Numbered from the stretch's first letter, positions 18,683 through 28,551 are shown. The stretch is DNA of 64,000 bases from Pirellulaceae bacterium (GCA_965216885.1 OZ244208.1:730848-794847), one strand, 5' to 3'. The notes: a model not told the origin generated them from the letters alone. Program-made: numbers and translations.

Positions 18683-20320
18683 ATGCCTGGCAATCTTATT
18701 TGTGAATCCCGGTTCGCGTTCCCAGCGCTACGTGCGTGTGGGTTCGGCGCGATTGGCATATTGCTGCTCGATATCGCCGAGCGGAATGGTTGGATTGCGC
18801 AATTGACGGAGAGCGCCCTCTGTCTGGCGATCTGCAGCGTCGTCTTCGTTGTGCTGTTGCCGCTGGCTCGCACACTTTCCGGGTTGGCCAGAATCGGCAT
18901 GACGGCTTTCGCGGTGCTGGTGTTGGCCAATTTGTCGCTGGTCGTCGTCGAAGACATTGGGCTGCTGGATTCGCTACCGTTGATCGGCCATGACAGTCGG
19001 TGGATTCATAACGTCGGAAAATTCATTGTCGCTGGCTGGACGTGCGGCCTCTTCCTGTTTATTTACGCGTTGTTGCGACAGCTTGAGGAAACCCGCGACC
19101 AGTCGATTCGCGACGCAGTTCAACTCAAACTGGCCAACGTGAAATTGCAAACGACCCTCGCCGAGCTGAAGAAGTCGCAGCAAATGGTTGTGCAGCAGGA
19201 ACGCATTTCGGCACTGGGGCAGATGGCCAGCGGTGTCGCCCACGACCTGAACAACGCGCTAACCCCGGTCTGGGCGTTTGCCGATTTCCTGCGGCCGATT
19301 GACGTGCCGGCGGAACAGCGCGAATCACTGCGTAGCATGCGGGCAGGGGTCGAACATGCCTGCCGTGTCGTAAAGCAGCTGCAGTATTTCTATCGAAGAA
19401 CGGAACGCCCGCACTGTGAGCAGGTGGCACTGTCGGCGCTGGTCGAGCAGTCCGTACAACTAACGAGATTCCGCTGGCACGATGACACACTGCGACGTGG
19501 GTTGGTGATTTCTGTCACGCTGACGCTCGACGACGACAGCCACATCGTTGTTGAGCCCACCGAACTCATTCAGGTGCTCAACAATCTTGTGTTGAATGCT
19601 GTCGAGGCGATGCCCAAGGGTGGCGAAATCGCAATCACCGTTGCGCGAGATGTTGACGTCGTGCGGCTTACGATCGTGGATGATGGCGAGGGTATGACGG
19701 CGAAGCAAAGAGCCCGCTGTTTTGATCCGTTCTTCACGACAAAGCGAGGAGGCAGCGGCCTGGGGCTGAACGTTTGCCGTACGATCGTCGAACGCTACGG
19801 TGGCACGATCGCCGTCTTTGAGGCGAAAGGTGACGGGACGAAGTTCGCTCTCAAGTTTCCGTATGCCGCTCCGGCGACTGCGAAAGAAGAGAAAACCGAA
19901 GACGTTCGCCCGCAACACAGCATGCTGGTAATCGACGACAGCGAATTCGTTCGGCAGACGATGCATGCACTTCTGACCTCTTTGGGTTTTTCGGTGAAGC
20001 TGGCGGAGGATGGTCAGAGCGGAATGGACGCCGCGCGGGAATCAGAAGCCGATCTGATCTTCGTTGACTACGCGATGCCGGGAATGACCGGCTGTGACGT
20101 CGTCGCGGGCCTGAGAGAACTCTCGCGCAACATTCCCGTTGTCGTCATGTCCGGATGGGCAAAGATGACCGTGCTGGAACAGTTTGGTAATTCCGACGTG
20201 CAGCCTGACCAGATACTGGAGAAGCCGCTAAATGCGGAAGCCATCCAGGACTGCCTCACCGGATTCGGTTTTCTCGCCGCACCAGGGGGCACGCCGCTCC
20301 CGAATGATGTGAAGTCATGA
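18683..20320 (+). CDS. Hybrid sensor histidine kinase (multi-TM sensor, HisKA, HATPase_c, C-terminal receiver)
   Basis: H-box VAHDLNNALTPV, G-boxes DDGEGM and GGSGLGL, and a receiver domain running from MLVIDDSEFVRQ to DYAMPGMTG. Confidence 0.85.
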   Translation: MPGNLICESRFAFPALRACGFGAIGILLLDIAERNGWIAQLTESALCLAICSVVFVVLLPLARTLSGLARIGMTAFAVLVLANLSLVVVEDIGLLDSLPLIGHDSRWIHNVGKFIVAGWTCGLFLFIYALLRQLEETRDQSIRDAVQLKLANVKLQTTLAELKKSQQMVVQQERISALGQMASGVAHDLNNALTPVWAFADFLRPIDVPAEQRESLRSMRAGVEHACRVVKQLQYFYRRTERPHCEQVALSALVEQSVQLTRFRWHDDTLRRGLVISVTLTLDDDSHIVVEPTELIQVLNNLVLNAVEAMPKGGEIAITVARDVDVVRLTIVDDGEGMTAKQRARCFDPFFTTKRGGSGLGLNVCRTIVERYGGTIAVFEAKGDGTKFALKFPYAAPATAKEEKTEDVRPQHSMLVIDDSEFVRQTMHALLTSLGFSVKLAEDGQSGMDAARESEADLIFVDYAMPGMTGCDVVAGLRELSRNIPVVVMSGWAKMTVLEQFGNSDVQPDQILEKPLNAEAIQDCLTGFGFLAAPGGTPLPNDVKS

Positions 20321-20466
20321 GCTGCCAGGGTTCTCTGAGGCCCAACGGATAGCGTCGCGATTCGTTTGCAATCTGGAATGCCTTTGCGCCATACTTTGGC
20401 TGACTGCCTGGATTTTGTTCGAGGCAGCCACTCGTCAATGCAATTCCTTTTTTTGGTGGGGCAGCC

Positions 20467-23400
20467 ATGAATCGGTATTCGTCGTGGGTCGTAGTGATCT
20501 TGTCGGCGCTGGTAGCACTCATGCTGACGGGCGATCTTCTATTTGCCGAGCCGATCCCCAGCGGGGCGGAATTTGTGTTCCCGAAATCGCAGCAGAGCAC
20601 GATGGCGCTCGAGGCGGACATAACTCGGGAGATTGCCGAACTGAAAAAGACCGGCACGCGCGAGAGTCTCGCCGAAGCGGCAAAGATTGAAGAGAAACTC
20701 CGCGCCGCGCGACGCGTGAAGAATGGCGAGCCGCCCATGAGTCCCGAGCTCGAACTACACGTGGTGGGGCTTTACGAAGGGAAGGCGTCGCCGGAGATCG
20801 ACGGGCTGGGGGCCAAGGTGCACGTCACGATGACCCACGCGCCACTCATTCTCTGCCTGACGTCCTACGAACCGGTCACGTGGATGATGGAAGTGGACGA
20901 TCGAGTTGACCTTCGGCAGGTGATTCTTGGCGGGCAGAACGGATCGGTGACAGGTTTGCCCGAGGGAATTCCGGTGGCAGATTATTCCCGGCCGAGCGAA
21001 ACGGGAAAACATATCTACTATGCGTACAAGAAGAACGACGAGGACAGCGGGTCGGCAGCCTATGAAAGGCTGAGCGCTAACCTGGAAGCTGCCACCGGCA
21101 TGCGGCCGACTTCGTTCGACGGCGAATATGGGCCGCGTAAGACATTTGTCGTGGGACCGGAAAGTAAAGTCTGGTGCGAGGAACAATCGTACAGCTTGAT
21201 GCGCGACGCGTGGCTGCTGGCCACTCGGGCGAAACGCGAAGCGATATGGAATGAATTGGCAACCCTTCGTTTTCCAGCCAGCTCCAGCACTTTCAGTGAT
21301 CCATTTCATCGCCAGGGTGCAAAATACTATTACGGCACCCACAGCGTGCTTGGACCAATCAAGGGTTTGCAGCACGAAGTAGAAAGTCAGCGGAACGGAC
21401 GGGAGCACCAAGAAGGCGAGTTTCGAATGTTGCGTCCCACCGGCGAGGTCGACGCATTGAAGTGGGACACCGAATCACATCTGCCCCAACCACGGGGTTT
21501 CACATCGAGCGTGTTTGATTCGAAGCGAAATCGTTGGGTCATGATAGGCGGAACACGGCGTGGTCGCTTCATGTACGCATGGTCTGCCACCGATCAGAAA
21601 TGGTCGGCTCTGCGATCCACGGCTGGAATGGATATCCATGGATCGCTGACGTACTCCGCCGAGCACGACAGGCTCTACGGTATTGGCAAAGGAATGATCC
21701 TCCATACGGGTCGCGACTATCCCATCATCTACACGCTGCACCCCATGGGAGCTGCGCTATCCCGGCTTCAGCTCGACAGGCTGGACCCCTACGAGCCCGG
21801 ACGACGGCACTCCATTCAAACGGACCTGGCGATTGCCGGCGGCTATTTCCTGATGCGGGAAACGGAACAACATCGGGGCGACCCGGAAGCAAAGGTGACG
21901 GTCAAGACGCAAGTGATCGATCCGCAATCCGGTAACCTGATAGCCAGTGTGCCGGGATTCGGAATCGCCACAGTCGAAGAACAGCAAGAGCTTGTCGCCG
22001 CGTACCTTACGACGAAGCAGAAACACGGCGTCGGGCATCTGGCGGAAATTCCCCGGGTGAAAGAGAAGGCTCGCAAGCCGAAACGAAAACCGGGCGCACC
22101 ACGTCAGGCCGTCGCGGCACTGGAAAATCCGCTCAATGGACACTGCTACGAAATTGTCATGGATGCCGGTGACATGACGTGGAAGCAGGCCATGACATTC
22201 GCCGCCAACAGCTTTCACCAGGGAGCTCGTGGTCATCTGGTTACGATCACCTCAAAAGAAGAGAACGATTTTCTGGTTGCCAACTTTGCTGGTGCTGGTG
22301 ACACCTGGGCCGGCGGCAGTGATGCCGGACACGAAGGCGTCTGGGAATGGATGTGTGGACCCGAAATTGGGGACGTCTTCTACGAGGTGAACGGCAACGA
22401 CAACGGCTTTCACAACTGGGCCGGCCGCGGTGCGAACGTTGGCAGGGCTCACGAGATTGAGCCGAACAATTCGGGGAACAAAGAGCACTACTTGCACTGG
22501 AACTGGCGCATCGGCGGGGGGCGTGGTGACGGAGCGGGCAACTGGAATGACTGGGATGCCGATCGAACGTGTCGCTACGTCATCGTCGAATACTCCACCA
22601 CGCCGACGGCAATCGAGTTCAATCGCAAGCAGTCGCGGACCCGAAAGCCGGAAAAGAATGAGCAGAAGCGATCGCAGTCCACCTTCGACCCATCTCAGGC
22701 CGACGCCGTCTACTTTTCGTGGAACGAGGGTTGGCACGTTTACGGCTACTCCCTGGATGCCAACGCGTGGTCCACATGGAGCAGCCCGAATGCACAAGTC
22801 ACTCGAAACGCCAGGCTGGCAGTTGGGGAAAAGTACATTGCGATCGTCAGCCCCAGCGTGGACTCGATGGGTTGGCTGCTAGATCGTGAGACGGCCAAAT
22901 GGACGAAGCTTCCGCCGGACGGCGCGGCGGTGGCTGAACGCCGCGGCGATGTGATCGTCGGCATCGAGAATGTGCAGGGCCGCGTTCGACTGACGAGCGT
23001 CAATTGTGCGCACTTTGTTGGCGACGCCCTGATCGTGTTGAAGGCCCGGGGAGCCAGCACGAATACGCGAATCTTTGACGTCCAGAAAAAGTCGTGGCGG
23101 AGTGCACGGAGGTCGCCGCTGAGTGCCCGAATGCGCAGTCTGAACGGCGCGTCGAAAGAGCATGCCTTCATGTTTGGGGGTTACCCGAATTCGCTGCAGG
23201 ATGGCGCCGTTTACGTGGTTCAGCGAGATCGTTGGATGCACTTGCCCCAGTCGCCCGTGAAGTTTAAATACGGCACCGACAGCGCAGTGGCCGGGGGGAA
23301 TTTCGTTGTCTTTGGCGGACAAGAGCAACGCGCGGCGGCGATGTTCGACGTCAATCGCGGCGGCTGGCAGTCGCTCGATGATGTGCCCTTCGACACGGCA

Positions 23401-23709
23401 ATGTCGGGCGTGGCGGTGCTGGAGGATGAAGTGTTTGTGTGGTCCGGCTACGAAGCGGCCGAGCGTGAGGCGGGTGCGTGCGATTTGAAGACGGGCAAGT
23501 GGCGACGGATCAGCTTCGGTCCACTGAAGCCTCGCTGCCTGACGCATTCAAGCGTGGCGAAGGGAAAGGTGATCTTCTTCGGCGGTTGGGACGCGAGCAA
23601 TGAATCCTTCGTCATGGACGGAGCCATCTACGATCCAGCCGAGGATACGTGGACACCGATGCCCAAGCTACCAGCCCCCGTACCGCTTGCGTTTCATCCG
23701 GGTTGGTAA
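20467..23709 (+). CDS. 1080-aa secreted protein with an internal C-type lectin-like domain and C-terminal beta-propeller (Kelch-like) repeats
   Basis: Signal peptide present. The CTLD-like core is HCYEIV...W..A..FA......GHLVTITSKEENDFL...WAGGSD...EGVWEWM.G, and a Trp/Gly-rich NW.G repeat region follows. Confidence 0.6.
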   Translation: MNRYSSWVVVILSALVALMLTGDLLFAEPIPSGAEFVFPKSQQSTMALEADITREIAELKKTGTRESLAEAAKIEEKLRAARRVKNGEPPMSPELELHVVGLYEGKASPEIDGLGAKVHVTMTHAPLILCLTSYEPVTWMMEVDDRVDLRQVILGGQNGSVTGLPEGIPVADYSRPSETGKHIYYAYKKNDEDSGSAAYERLSANLEAATGMRPTSFDGEYGPRKTFVVGPESKVWCEEQSYSLMRDAWLLATRAKREAIWNELATLRFPASSSTFSDPFHRQGAKYYYGTHSVLGPIKGLQHEVESQRNGREHQEGEFRMLRPTGEVDALKWDTESHLPQPRGFTSSVFDSKRNRWVMIGGTRRGRFMYAWSATDQKWSALRSTAGMDIHGSLTYSAEHDRLYGIGKGMILHTGRDYPIIYTLHPMGAALSRLQLDRLDPYEPGRRHSIQTDLAIAGGYFLMRETEQHRGDPEAKVTVKTQVIDPQSGNLIASVPGFGIATVEEQQELVAAYLTTKQKHGVGHLAEIPRVKEKARKPKRKPGAPRQAVAALENPLNGHCYEIVMDAGDMTWKQAMTFAANSFHQGARGHLVTITSKEENDFLVANFAGAGDTWAGGSDAGHEGVWEWMCGPEIGDVFYEVNGNDNGFHNWAGRGANVGRAHEIEPNNSGNKEHYLHWNWRIGGGRGDGAGNWNDWDADRTCRYVIVEYSTTPTAIEFNRKQSRTRKPEKNEQKRSQSTFDPSQADAVYFSWNEGWHVYGYSLDANAWSTWSSPNAQVTRNARLAVGEKYIAIVSPSVDSMGWLLDRETAKWTKLPPDGAAVAERRGDVIVGIENVQGRVRLTSVNCAHFVGDALIVLKARGASTNTRIFDVQKKSWRSARRSPLSARMRSLNGASKEHAFMFGGYPNSLQDGAVYVVQRDRWMHLPQSPVKFKYGTDSAVAGGNFVVFGGQEQRAAAMFDVNRGGWQSLDDVPFDTAMSGVAVLEDEVFVWSGYEAAEREAGACDLKTGKWRRISFGPLKPRCLTHSSVAKGKVIFFGGWDASNESFVMDGAIYDPAEDTWTPMPKLPAPVPLAFHPGW

Positions 23710-23749
23710 TCCGACCGGCATCGCCCGAGCCGCTGGCATTCGCCAGTCG

Positions 23750-26443
23750 TTATTCTGCCGGATGAAAATAGATCGAATCAATGTTCATCAACGCGTCGGC
23801 GCGGTCTTCTTTCACGAAGACGACAAAGACATCGTGCAAGCCAGTGGTTGTCTTGAAATCAGCCAGCTCGTCTCGCCAGTTTTCCCAATCACCGTTGGGT
23901 TGGACGTGGATCTTCGCGAGTAACGGTCCATCGATTTTGTCCATGCGAAACTCGATGAAACCTCCCGGACCCGCGGATGCGACACGCGCGGTGACGCTTC
24001 CCACTACACTGAGGTCCGTGTCATCGATTCGCAGATGGTGATTGTGATTGATCGAGCCGAGGAATTCACCGTTGTTGGCTGACTCGCTCTTCATTCGCGT
24101 TACACCTTGCAGGAGATTGGCGTGCTCCGCTTCGACATGCCGACTTCGTAAACGTAGCGTTGTGGAGCTGGTCGTCGCCGGGACGGTACCCGCTCCAAGA
24201 TCCGTATAACTGGCTTCCAGAACCAATCCGCCTGAGTACTGATCATCGATTTCAATCTCGCCGACAAATCCACGAACGACATCGATGCCGCCGCTGTCAC
24301 GCAGGTTGTAAATCCATTCGACCATCGAATGAACTTCCTCCTGGGTATGTTGCTTGTGTGGAATCATGGGGATCTTGCCCCAGACGCCCGTAGAACCATT
24401 GATGACTCGTTCAATCGACTTTGCCATCGCGTGGGCGTCGTCGCGATATTTCCTGGAGACTTCGATCAACGGCGGGCCGACTCGCTTTTGGTGGACAGCG
24501 TGACAGTTGAAGCAGTCGCTGCCGCGCATCGTTTGCAAACCCGGTGGGGCCATGGCATCCGAATCGTAGTCCATCGCAAACGGGCCACTGATCTTGCGAG
24601 CGTTCACGGATGCTCGACCAGATGATTCACCATCGATTTCCGGCAGATCCTGCTCGTCGGCAAGGTCGTAGTCGTTCGTGCCATCTTCAAAGTCATTGAC
24701 GAACATTTCATAGCGAATCGGTTCGCCAGGATCGAAGAAGTGGCTGGTCGGTTCGAGCAGACGTAGTTCGGGCCTCGCGTTGCCAACGAGGATCGGGACG
24801 GAGGCCGTAGCTCGACCACCGCTTCCGTCGGTGACGACTAGTTCGACATTGAAGACTCCGGGCTCGCAGAATAAAACCGTAGGGTTCGGGTCGTTCGAGA
24901 TGACGGTGCGTTTGGTGGTTTTGCCCTCGCTGTCTGTCTCATTGCGAACCCATTCGTAGCTGAGCCGATCGTTGGTGTCCTTATCGAATGTGCCTTCGCT
25001 GCTGAACTCAACGGCCAGCGGTTCGCGACCTACGTTGTTCTGAACTTTGGCGACGGCGATCGGTCGGCGATTGCCGGAGACATAGTCGATGCGAACGATC
25101 TTTGCATCCTTGTTTTCGCCCCATGTCTCGCCGTACTCGATCATGTACAGCGAGCCTTCCGGGCCGAAGGTCAGGTCGATGGGACGCTGCATTTTGTAGT
25201 CGGCCACAAAATCTTCGATCTTCTGGATGTTGGAGTCGTCATCGAGATGGACGGCTTTGATCCAGTGTCGCGTCCATTCAAAGATGAACAGCGTGTTGTC
25301 GAGTTCCCGAGGGAATTTCGTTTTTGATTCCAGCGACTCGTCAAAGTGATAGACGGGGCCGGCGCATGCCGTGCGCCCGCCACTGTTTCCGATTGCGGGA
25401 AACTTTTCAGAGTATCCGTACGGATAGTAGATGAAGGCTTTCTGTGCCGGTGGCAGGATGCGCGAGCCGGTGTTGGAGGGTGATTCGTTGATCGGTTGTT
25501 CGGGGTCGTAGCGCGGACCAATCTTTCCCGTTGCAAAATCAACGTCGGCGTAAGCCTGATTGTCGGCGATGAAGTACGGCCAACCAAAGTTGCCGGCGGC
25601 GCGAGCCTGATTGATTTCGTCGTAGCCACGCGGGCCTCGCTCGGTGTTGCCGTTGGCGTCCGGTCCCACCTCGCCCCAGTAGACATATCCCGTCCGCTGG
25701 TCGACACTCAATCGCCACGGATTGCGACAGCCCATCGCGTAAATTTCGGGGCGACCATCACGCGCATCGGTGAACAGATTGCCTTCCGGGATTTCATAGC
25801 GTCCGTCCGCAGTCGGGCGAATACGGAGGATCTTTCCGGAAAGTGCATTCGTGTTTGCGGCAGACTTCTGCGCGTCCCACGGCTCCTTGCCTTCGCGTTC
25901 GTCCAGCGGCGCGTAGCCGTGCGAGTCTCCGTGAGGATGCGTGTTGTCACCAGTGCCAATGAAGAGATTGCCGTTCGGTCCGAACTCCATCGAGCCCGCG
26001 TGGTGGCAGCATTCGATACGCTGTTCCTCGAACTTCAGCAGCACTCTTTCCGATGCGGGGTCGAGCCTGCCATTCTTCAGCGTGAACCGACTGATGTGTT
26101 GACCGGGGTAATCGGGCGGCGAATATTGCAGAAAGATGTGTTGGTTGGTGTCGAAATCCGGATCGAGCGCGAGACCAATCAGTCCGTTTTCCTGCTTCTC
26201 GAATACCTCCAGTTCGCCGACGAGGTGCACAACGCCGGGTTCGGGTTGAAAGACTTTTAGCTTGCCACCAAGTTCGATATAGAAGACTCGGCCGTCGGAG
26301 GCTACATCCAACTCCATTGGCCGAGTGAGTTCGCTGACCAATTCGGTGACCTCGAAACGTTCGGGGTCGAAGGGGAAGTCTTCGGCAAGACAATTGGGAG
26401 CAAGAAACAGAATCAGGCAGAGGGCCAGGCTAATCGATCGCAT
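23750..26443 (-). CDS. Secreted multidomain oxidoreductase: PQQ-type glucose/sorbosone dehydrogenase beta-propeller plus PKD domain plus c-type cytochrome (CFNCH) plus C-terminal carbohydrate-binding-like module
   Basis: The signal peptide starts at MRSISLALCLILFLAPNCLA; I chose this start at 26443. A GSDH-like region follows, then one CxxCH haem motif and a PKD-like segment. Confidence 0.7.
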   Translation of the reverse strand: MRSISLALCLILFLAPNCLAEDFPFDPERFEVTELVSELTRPMELDVASDGRVFYIELGGKLKVFQPEPGVVHLVGELEVFEKQENGLIGLALDPDFDTNQHIFLQYSPPDYPGQHISRFTLKNGRLDPASERVLLKFEEQRIECCHHAGSMEFGPNGNLFIGTGDNTHPHGDSHGYAPLDEREGKEPWDAQKSAANTNALSGKILRIRPTADGRYEIPEGNLFTDARDGRPEIYAMGCRNPWRLSVDQRTGYVYWGEVGPDANGNTERGPRGYDEINQARAAGNFGWPYFIADNQAYADVDFATGKIGPRYDPEQPINESPSNTGSRILPPAQKAFIYYPYGYSEKFPAIGNSGGRTACAGPVYHFDESLESKTKFPRELDNTLFIFEWTRHWIKAVHLDDDSNIQKIEDFVADYKMQRPIDLTFGPEGSLYMIEYGETWGENKDAKIVRIDYVSGNRRPIAVAKVQNNVGREPLAVEFSSEGTFDKDTNDRLSYEWVRNETDSEGKTTKRTVISNDPNPTVLFCEPGVFNVELVVTDGSGGRATASVPILVGNARPELRLLEPTSHFFDPGEPIRYEMFVNDFEDGTNDYDLADEQDLPEIDGESSGRASVNARKISGPFAMDYDSDAMAPPGLQTMRGSDCFNCHAVHQKRVGPPLIEVSRKYRDDAHAMAKSIERVINGSTGVWGKIPMIPHKQHTQEEVHSMVEWIYNLRDSGGIDVVRGFVGEIEIDDQYSGGLVLEASYTDLGAGTVPATTSSTTLRLRSRHVEAEHANLLQGVTRMKSESANNGEFLGSINHNHHLRIDDTDLSVVGSVTARVASAGPGGFIEFRMDKIDGPLLAKIHVQPNGDWENWRDELADFKTTTGLHDVFVVFVKEDRADALMNIDSIYFHPAE

Positions 26444-26610
26444 GGTTTCACTAAGGCGGGCATCAGGTGTAAGGCGTGGTCTTTTAGGATGCCAGATCTG
26501 GCCCGGTCTATCCAGAGTGGAGTCCGTTCCTGCTAGGATTGGCACAAGCTGGTACAAATCCGTTGAACCCGGCCTTCATCCCGTTGCTCGCCGGGTGAAG
26601 GAATCGCGAC

Positions 26611-27255
26611 ATGCGTGAACTGTTTCGAACACTTCCGCTGATGTGCATGGTACTTCTGGTACCCGTGTTGCCATTTCTGTTATTCGGTGGCCGCTTCGAG
26701 GATTGGCTGCAGGGCATTGCGGATGATCCGCCGTCGGTCCCCGTCACGATGGCGCTGGTGATCGGTCTTTTGTCGACGGACATACTGCTGCCCATCCCAT
26801 CCAGCGTCATCAGTACGCTCAGTGGTTGGCAGTTGGGGTGGTGGCGTGGGACGCTGGCGACGTGGGTTGGCATGAACCTCGGCGCGATCATCGGATTCGC
26901 GTTGGCACGTCGTTGGGGTAAGCCCTTCGCGTTGTGGTTTTCAAAGGAGGAGGACCTCGAACGGATGCGGATCGTCAGCGATCGGTACGGGCCGTTTGTT
27001 CTGGTGCTAACTCGAGCGATGCCCGTCTTTGCGGAGGCCACCGTATTGATCTCCGGCATGCACCAGCTGGCATGGCGGCGATTTCTTCCCGCGGTGGTGT
27101 TCAGCAATCTCGGTATCGCCGTGGCCTATTCGGCCTTTGGAGACTACGCCGAACAGCACCAGTGGTTGCCCTTGGCGTTGGGCATTGCGATTGCGGTCCC
27201 GGTTCTGGTTGCTGCGGTGGCACAGCGTCTGATGCCAAAAGCCGACGCAAACTAG
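26611..27255 (+). CDS. DedA/SNARE-associated (VTT-domain) family membrane protein
   Basis: Multi-TM; G..LG......RR.G (DedA-like motif); length 214 aa. Confidence 0.55.
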   Translation: MRELFRTLPLMCMVLLVPVLPFLLFGGRFEDWLQGIADDPPSVPVTMALVIGLLSTDILLPIPSSVISTLSGWQLGWWRGTLATWVGMNLGAIIGFALARRWGKPFALWFSKEEDLERMRIVSDRYGPFVLVLTRAMPVFAEATVLISGMHQLAWRRFLPAVVFSNLGIAVAYSAFGDYAEQHQWLPLALGIAIAVPVLVAAVAQRLMPKADAN

Positions 27256-27690
27256 TAACCGGATCACTTCGCGATTTTCTGTGAACCCAATCCGGTGCAC
27301 CACGTCCTTACCCTTACTGATGCAAATCGCATCGGCGCGGTTGGCCGGGAGCAGCCCGCGGCAAACGCAAAAGTTTTCGCCATACAAGCAGATCGAGCAC
27401 GATGTTTTCCATATTCAAACAGAAATCGAACGGCAATATCGGCGGGAATGGTAATTCGTGTCCCGGGCCGCTTCGGTTGTGACGCAAGGTTGGCAATGCG
27501 AACAGCAGCAGCCCGGTGTCACACGACATCGGGCTTTTTTCGTGGTCCGATCAAGACGAAATGCTGGAGACGAAAGGCAAACGAACTGGACTGGTAGCTG
27601 AGACGGCTTAGCACCTGGTTGAAGCCCAGGAGACGAGGATTCGAGCGCCTCCCAGTCCGCTGCGTCGCGAAAGCAATGGCGCACAAATAT

Positions 27691-27763
27691 AGGGTAGAGG
27701 TGCAGAAGGAAGCACGCCTGCTTCGGGTGCAGGAGGGTTCCGGTTCGACTCCGGGGTGCCCTA
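27691..27763 (+). tRNA. tRNA-Pro(CGG)
   Basis: Canonical cloverleaf: acceptor AGGGTAG/GTGCCCT (1 mismatch), D-stem GTGC/GCAC, anticodon arm CCTGC-TTCGGGT-GCAGG, T-arm TCCGG-TTCGACT-CCGGG. Confidence 0.8.
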
Positions 27764-27811
27764 CTTGGTGACGGTGAGCTGCGGCTCGCACATTGGAAAT
27801 GAAGCGGAAAT

Positions 27812-27883
27812 TGGTCGTCGAGAGCTGGTTGCTCATCTCTTTCTGATAAGGAGAGCGCGCTGAGTTCGATCCTCAGGGCGACC
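27812..27883 (+). tRNA. Non-canonical tRNA-like gene; anticodon loop TCTGATA (anticodon TGA on a class-I body) with a short 5-nt D-loop
   Basis: Acceptor GGTCGTC/GGCGACC pairs over 7 bp (one G-U). D-stem GAGC/GCTC, T-arm CTGAG-TTCGATC-CTCAG. Confidence 0.5.
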
Positions 27884-27974
27884 ACTGAACAACGTTGAAT
27901 GATGGAACCCGGAAATACTTGAAGGAAGAGAAATGCAAACGCAACTTCGATCCAAACGCATACCCCAATAACCA

Positions 27975-28047
27975 TGGGGGTAAAGCTTTTTGGCGAAGCA
28001 GCCGGCTTTTAACCGGCAGAGCAGAGTTCGATTCTCTGTGCCCCTAC
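27975..28047 (+). tRNA. tRNA-Lys(TTT)-like with a poorly paired acceptor stem (possible pseudo-tRNA)
   Basis: Perfect anticodon arm GCCGG-CTTTTAA-CCGGC, T-arm CAGAG-TTCGATT-CTCTG; the acceptor has only 4 of 7 pairs. Confidence 0.45.
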
Positions 28048-28091
28048 TCGGTGGTGACCGAAGGAATTCGGCCATCACGCGGTAGTCGGGA

Positions 28092-28163
28092 CCTGGTGGG
28101 TCAAGCGCGTCTTATAAGCGAGCGGCGGTGGGTTCGATTCCCGCGACTACCACTCGTCAGGGC
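28092..28163 (+). tRNA. tRNA-like gene with a degenerate anticodon arm; identity unclear
   Basis: Acceptor GGTAGTC/GACTACC is perfect and the T-arm is GTGGG-TTCGATT-CCCGC. The anticodon region GCGTCTTATAAGCGAG has only weak pairing. Confidence 0.4.
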
Positions 28164-28195
28164 GAGCAGCGGAAGCATAAGTATTAGTGACAAAC

Positions 28196-28268
28196 GGGAT
28201 CAAGGTGTTAGCGGCAGCATACGTGGCTCTTAACCACGGAGGTGAGGGTTCAAGTCCCTCTGATCCCA
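28196..28268 (+). tRNA. tRNA-Lys(CTT)
   Basis: Acceptor GGGATCA/TGATCCC is perfect, anticodon arm CGTGG-CTCTTAA-CCACG, T-arm GAGGG-TTCAAGT-CCCTC. Confidence 0.8.
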
Positions 28269-28276
28269 CTGAAAAC

Positions 28277-28347
28277 GCACTGTTCGTCTAACGGAAAGAT
28301 GCCTCCTTCGTAACGAGGCGATGCGAGTTCGATTCTCGCACGGTGCC
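28277..28347 (+). tRNA. tRNA-Thr(CGT)-like with a 3-bp D-stem
   Basis: Acceptor GCACTGT/ACGGTGC (one G-U), anticodon loop TTCGTAA, T-arm GCGAG-TTCGATT-CTCGC. Confidence 0.5.
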
Positions 28348-28394
28348 CTGACGCGGAACTGGAACGGACGTGTTCCTTTGACGTTTCGCACAAT

Positions 28395-28465
28395 GTGCCT
28401 GCGGTCCAGTGGCGAGATACCTGGTTTCCACCCAGGGGATGCGAGTTCGATTCTCGCCAGGCACT
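28395..28465 (+). tRNA. tRNA-Gly(TCC)
   Basis: Acceptor GTGCCTG/CAGGCAC is perfect, anticodon arm CCTGG-TTTCCAC-CCAGG, T-arm GCGAG-TTCGATT-CTCGC; the D-stem is weak. Confidence 0.65.
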
Positions 28466-28480
28466 CTGACAATTTAAAAA

Positions 28481-28551
28481 GCGCCCATGGTGTAGTGGTA
28501 ACCCATCTGCTTGCCATGCAGAAGACGCGAGTTCAATTCTCGCTGGGCGCT
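28481..28551 (+). tRNA. tRNA-Gly(GCC)
   Basis: Acceptor GCGCCCA/TGGGCGC is perfect, anticodon arm TCTGC-TTGCCAT-GCAGA, T-arm CGCGA-GTTCAAT-TCTCG. Confidence 0.8.

Noticed and set aside
27590-27890. Possible tmRNA (ssrA) or RNase P RNA at the start of the tRNA array, because of the tRNA-like 3' end CAGGGCGACCA
   Set aside because: The region resolves cleanly into two separate tRNA-like cloverleaves (27691-27763 and 27812-27883), each with its own acceptor stem. No tag-peptide reading frame or pseudoknot pattern is evident.
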